Assembly: GCA_951406725.2 (NCBI GenBank)
Contig: OX597835.1
Location: forward strand, 41,788,001 to 41,852,000
Source of the DNA: Octopus vulgaris
Lineage: Eukaryota
Length of the DNA: 64,000 nt
Reading direction: 5' to 3'
Below, one piece after another: positions 60,568 through 64,000 of the stretch. Under the pieces are notes generated by a model that worked only from the letters and a program-made list of their open reading frames with translations, had not been told where the DNA came from and made no database searches. Position numbers and translations under genes: made by a program. Within the stretch, counting starts at the first letter, position 1. Each line of letters starts with the position of its first letter.

Positions 60568-63225
60568 CTTGGGGAAATTTTGAAACTGGGTTCTCATTCC
60601 AACAAACAAGTTGAGGACAAATATGCCTCAAATGTAAATAATTCCTCATCTCTTAAATATAGAACTGGAACACTCATTGTTGTAACTGATAAAGTGCTAG
60701 AAAATGTGGTCTTGTCAAGACAAAGACACACAGACAGATAGACACAAGCATACAATGGCCTTCTTTTGCTTCCATCAGCTAAATTCGCAAGGTTTTGGTT
60801 AGCCCAAAGCTTATAGCAGGACACTTGCCTAAGATGCTACCCAAAGGGACCAAACCTGGAACCATGTGTTTGGGAGGCAGTCTAGGGGCATTGTGGGAAG
60901 GAAGGGATCTTTTGTAATGTTTGTTCTGAGTTGTGGAATATATTTTAAAGAGATGAAAGAAAAAGAAACACAAAACCCTCTTCACATTATTTTCTATGTC
61001 ATCATCATCATCGTTTAACGCCCGTTCTCCATGCTAGCATGGGTTGGACGGTTTGACCGGGATCTGGCAAACCAAAGGCTGCACCAGGCTCCAGTCTGAT
61101 CTGGCAGTGTTTCTACAGCTGGATGCCCTTCCTAATGCCAATCACTCAGAGAGTGTAGTGGGTGCTTTTTACAACATGATGCCAGTGATAAGAAATGAGG
61201 TAAGAAAAGCAGTTTCACCAGGTTTGGTTGAAGTTGTGAAATGGTTGCTGTGGACTATTGCTCTGTGTCTGTCGAGAGAGTGAACCTTGCCTTCATTTGG
61301 TTTGCTGATATCACAGGTCATCCCAGATCAATGTTTGTACGTCATGGAATGCCAGGGACATCAATGACTGGTAACAGGGTTGCAATTCTTATCAGACACA
61401 TTCTCAGTTTTTATTATGATATGATTCAAAATAGTACAAAATAAACAAAAAAACAAGGGGGGGTGCTCAAAAGTTCCTGACTTTAAAGGTTATCATAAAA
61501 AGCCTGGTTGGAGGCCCAATCTCCTGAGTTCTTTTACGGGGCTTAGGAAAATTGAAGAACCACTGCAGTAAGTGTGTGAATCTGAGAGGGGAATATCATT
61601 AACCGATCCCCCTGTATTTTCTTTTACTCAAAGCCAGGAACTTCTCAGCAACCCTTCGTATATATATGTGTGTGTGTGTGTGTAGAAACTTCCCCAAGTG
61701 AAAATGAAACTGTCCAGGTTGATTTTAAAAGCTTCCACAGCATACGAGAAGTGATGTAACTGAAATTGAACCAAAATCACTTAAAACTTCAGTCTGCCGG
61801 AAGCTTTTTGTCCCCGGCCACTTCTAAATCAGGAAATGAGTCATTGAAATACATAGTTAGTCATGGTTACAAAGGTTGGTTCAATAACAGATTAGACTGA
61901 CGCCGTTTTATCTATTAATAACTCTGTTACAAATAGCATTTGTTGTCCACAAGATAACAGGTTTCACAAGAGAAATGGTTATCTTCCAGACATCTTCATA
62001 AGTTTTAAAGTACCCAAAGATTTCCTGTTCACTTGGTATAGAATGACCTTCTTGTTCAGATTTATCTATGGGCACAGAGGTGTGGTTAAGAAGTTTGCTT
62101 CTCAACCATGTAGTTTTGTGTTCGTTCCCACAGCATGGTACCTTGGGCAAGTGTCTTCTACTATGGTCTTGGGCCAGCCAAAGCTATCATCATCATCATT
62201 TAACGTCCGCTTTCCATGCTAGCATGGGTTGGATGATTTGACTGAGGTCTGGCGAACCAGACTCCAATCTGATCTGGCAGAGTTTCTACAGCTGGATACC
62301 CTTCCTAATGCCAACCACTCTGAGAGTGTATTGGGTGCTTTTACATGCCACCGGCACGAGGACCAGTTTGGTGGTACTGGCAACGGCCACACCCAAATGG
62401 TGCTTTTTACGTGCCACCTGCACTGGCGACGACCTCGCTCGAATATTTCACATGCTGAATTTTGTAGGCAGAAACTTGAAGAAGCCCATTGTGTGTTAGG
62501 CGCAGGAGTGGCTGTGTGGTAAGTAGCTTGCTAACCAACCACATGGTTCCGGGTTCAGTCCCACTGCGTGGCATCTTGGGCAAGTGTCTTCTGCTATAGC
62601 CCCGGGCCGACCAATGCCTTGTGAGTGGATTTGGTAGACGGAAACTGAAAGAAGCCTGTCGTATATATGTATGTGTGTGTGTGTTTGTGTTTGTCCCCCT
62701 AGCATTGCTTGACAACAGATGCTGGTGTGTTTACGTCCCCGTCACTTAGCGGTTTGGCAAAAGAGACCGATAGAATAAGTACTGGGCTTACAAAGAATAA
62801 GTCCCGGGGTCGATTTGCTCGACTAAAAAAGGCGGTGCTCCAGCATGGCCGCAGTCAAATGACTGAAACAAGTAAAAGAGTAAACAATAAAGACAGAGTA
62901 GTTGGCTTATATACTCTTTTACTTGTTTCAGTCATTTGACTGTGACCATGCTGGAGCACTGCCTTTAGTTGAGCAAATTGACTAAAGGACTTATTCCTTG
63001 TAAGCCTAGTACTTATTCTATTGAATTCTTTTGCCGAAATGAGTGTGTTCATGGAAATTTGGTTGCTTTTTCTTGTAAATCAACGAACAGCATAGAGGTT
63101 TCATTTTGGTTTATCTCGTGCTTTGTCACAATGATTTAGCAAAATTACCCACAGGCATCATTTATATAAAGAAAATATAAGTCACGCTACAGCTGTCATA
63201 TTTAACATAATGAGGAAACCAAATA

Positions 63226-63518
63226 TCTATATATATATATATATATATGAGAGTATGATAGAGGAAGGCCAACTCTTCCTTCCGTAGAAGAAAAAATTCA
63301 AATCGGACCATGCTAACACCAAAAATTATTTACATCAAAAAGGTGCCTTTTTTCTATGAAAATCCCTATTTTTTACAATGTTTTGACTGCTGTGTCGCCA
63401 TTTTTCGGTGTATTTCACTTAAAAAGAATAACAAGCTACATACTGCCAAATTTTTACTTTTCAAAAATTCCAATTCTAAAGGGTCGAAACAAACCGCAAC
63501 GCCGGGCGATACTGCTAG
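63226..63518 (+). mobile_element. Non-autonomous Helitron-like element (inverted relative at about 37017-37285)
   Basis: TC start, gcaacgccgggcgatactgCTAG|T end. Confidence 0.7.
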
Positions 63519-64000
63519 TATTTAATAATACTTAAGCTGTAAGGAGAATAAAACATTTGTGCAATGGTTAATATTAATTTGACTGAAACCCTCTTAAACA
63601 TAGCATACTAATTAAGGAAGCAGTGCTTTTATGCCTGCACCCAATAAAGTTGAGGGTTTTTCACATATCCTTCTTCTGCACAAGTCACATCCAGCTATGA
63701 TCAAATGATAGTGCAGTGGACGTGTGTGTGTGTCTGTGTGTAATTTTATTCTTGTACTTGTTTGAGTCATTTGACTGTGGCCATACTGGGGCACTGCCGT
63801 AAGGGTTTTTTTAGTCAAAGAAATCAACCCTAGAACCTTATTCTTTGTAAGCTTAGTACTTATTCTATGTCCCTTTTGCTGAACTGCTAGGTTACAGGGA
63901 CGTTAACACACCAACATTGGTTGTTAAGTGATGGCTGGGGGGGGGAAGCAAACATAGACACACAAGCATAAATATATATGTATGTATTTTTCAGTTTCCA

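Noticed and set aside
61908-62066. Possible minus-strand terminal exon DKSEQEGH...
   Set aside because: The acceptor comes from an adjacent SINE and there is no recognisable homology or upstream exon

Overview
Eukaryotic, AT-rich, repeat-dominated animal DNA; the SINE families and microsatellite load strongly suggest an octopus (coleoid cephalopod) genome, which is an inference. Two spliced protein-coding genes can be built by hand. One is a complete 6-exon OGG1 (8-oxoguanine DNA glycosylase, + strand, 43840-51157, 329 aa). The other is the first six coding exons (240 aa) of an uncharacterised EGF-domain multi-pass membrane protein (- strand, 9250 to 302), continuing off the left edge. A possible spliced transcript runs head-to-head with OGG1. 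The rest is tRNA-derived SINEs, RTE-type LINE fragments, dead mariner and hAT transposases, Helitron-like elements, about 11 copies of a GG..CC-ended MITE carrying TTAGGG repeats, and a 1.9-kb foldback element. The most striking unexplained signal is a set of about 9 minimal type I hammerhead ribozyme motifs from several unrelated families. Most sit in Penelope-like palindromes inside or beside microsatellites, and three lie in sense orientation in introns of the membrane-protein gene. Nearly all ORFs in the supplied track are repeat artefacts.
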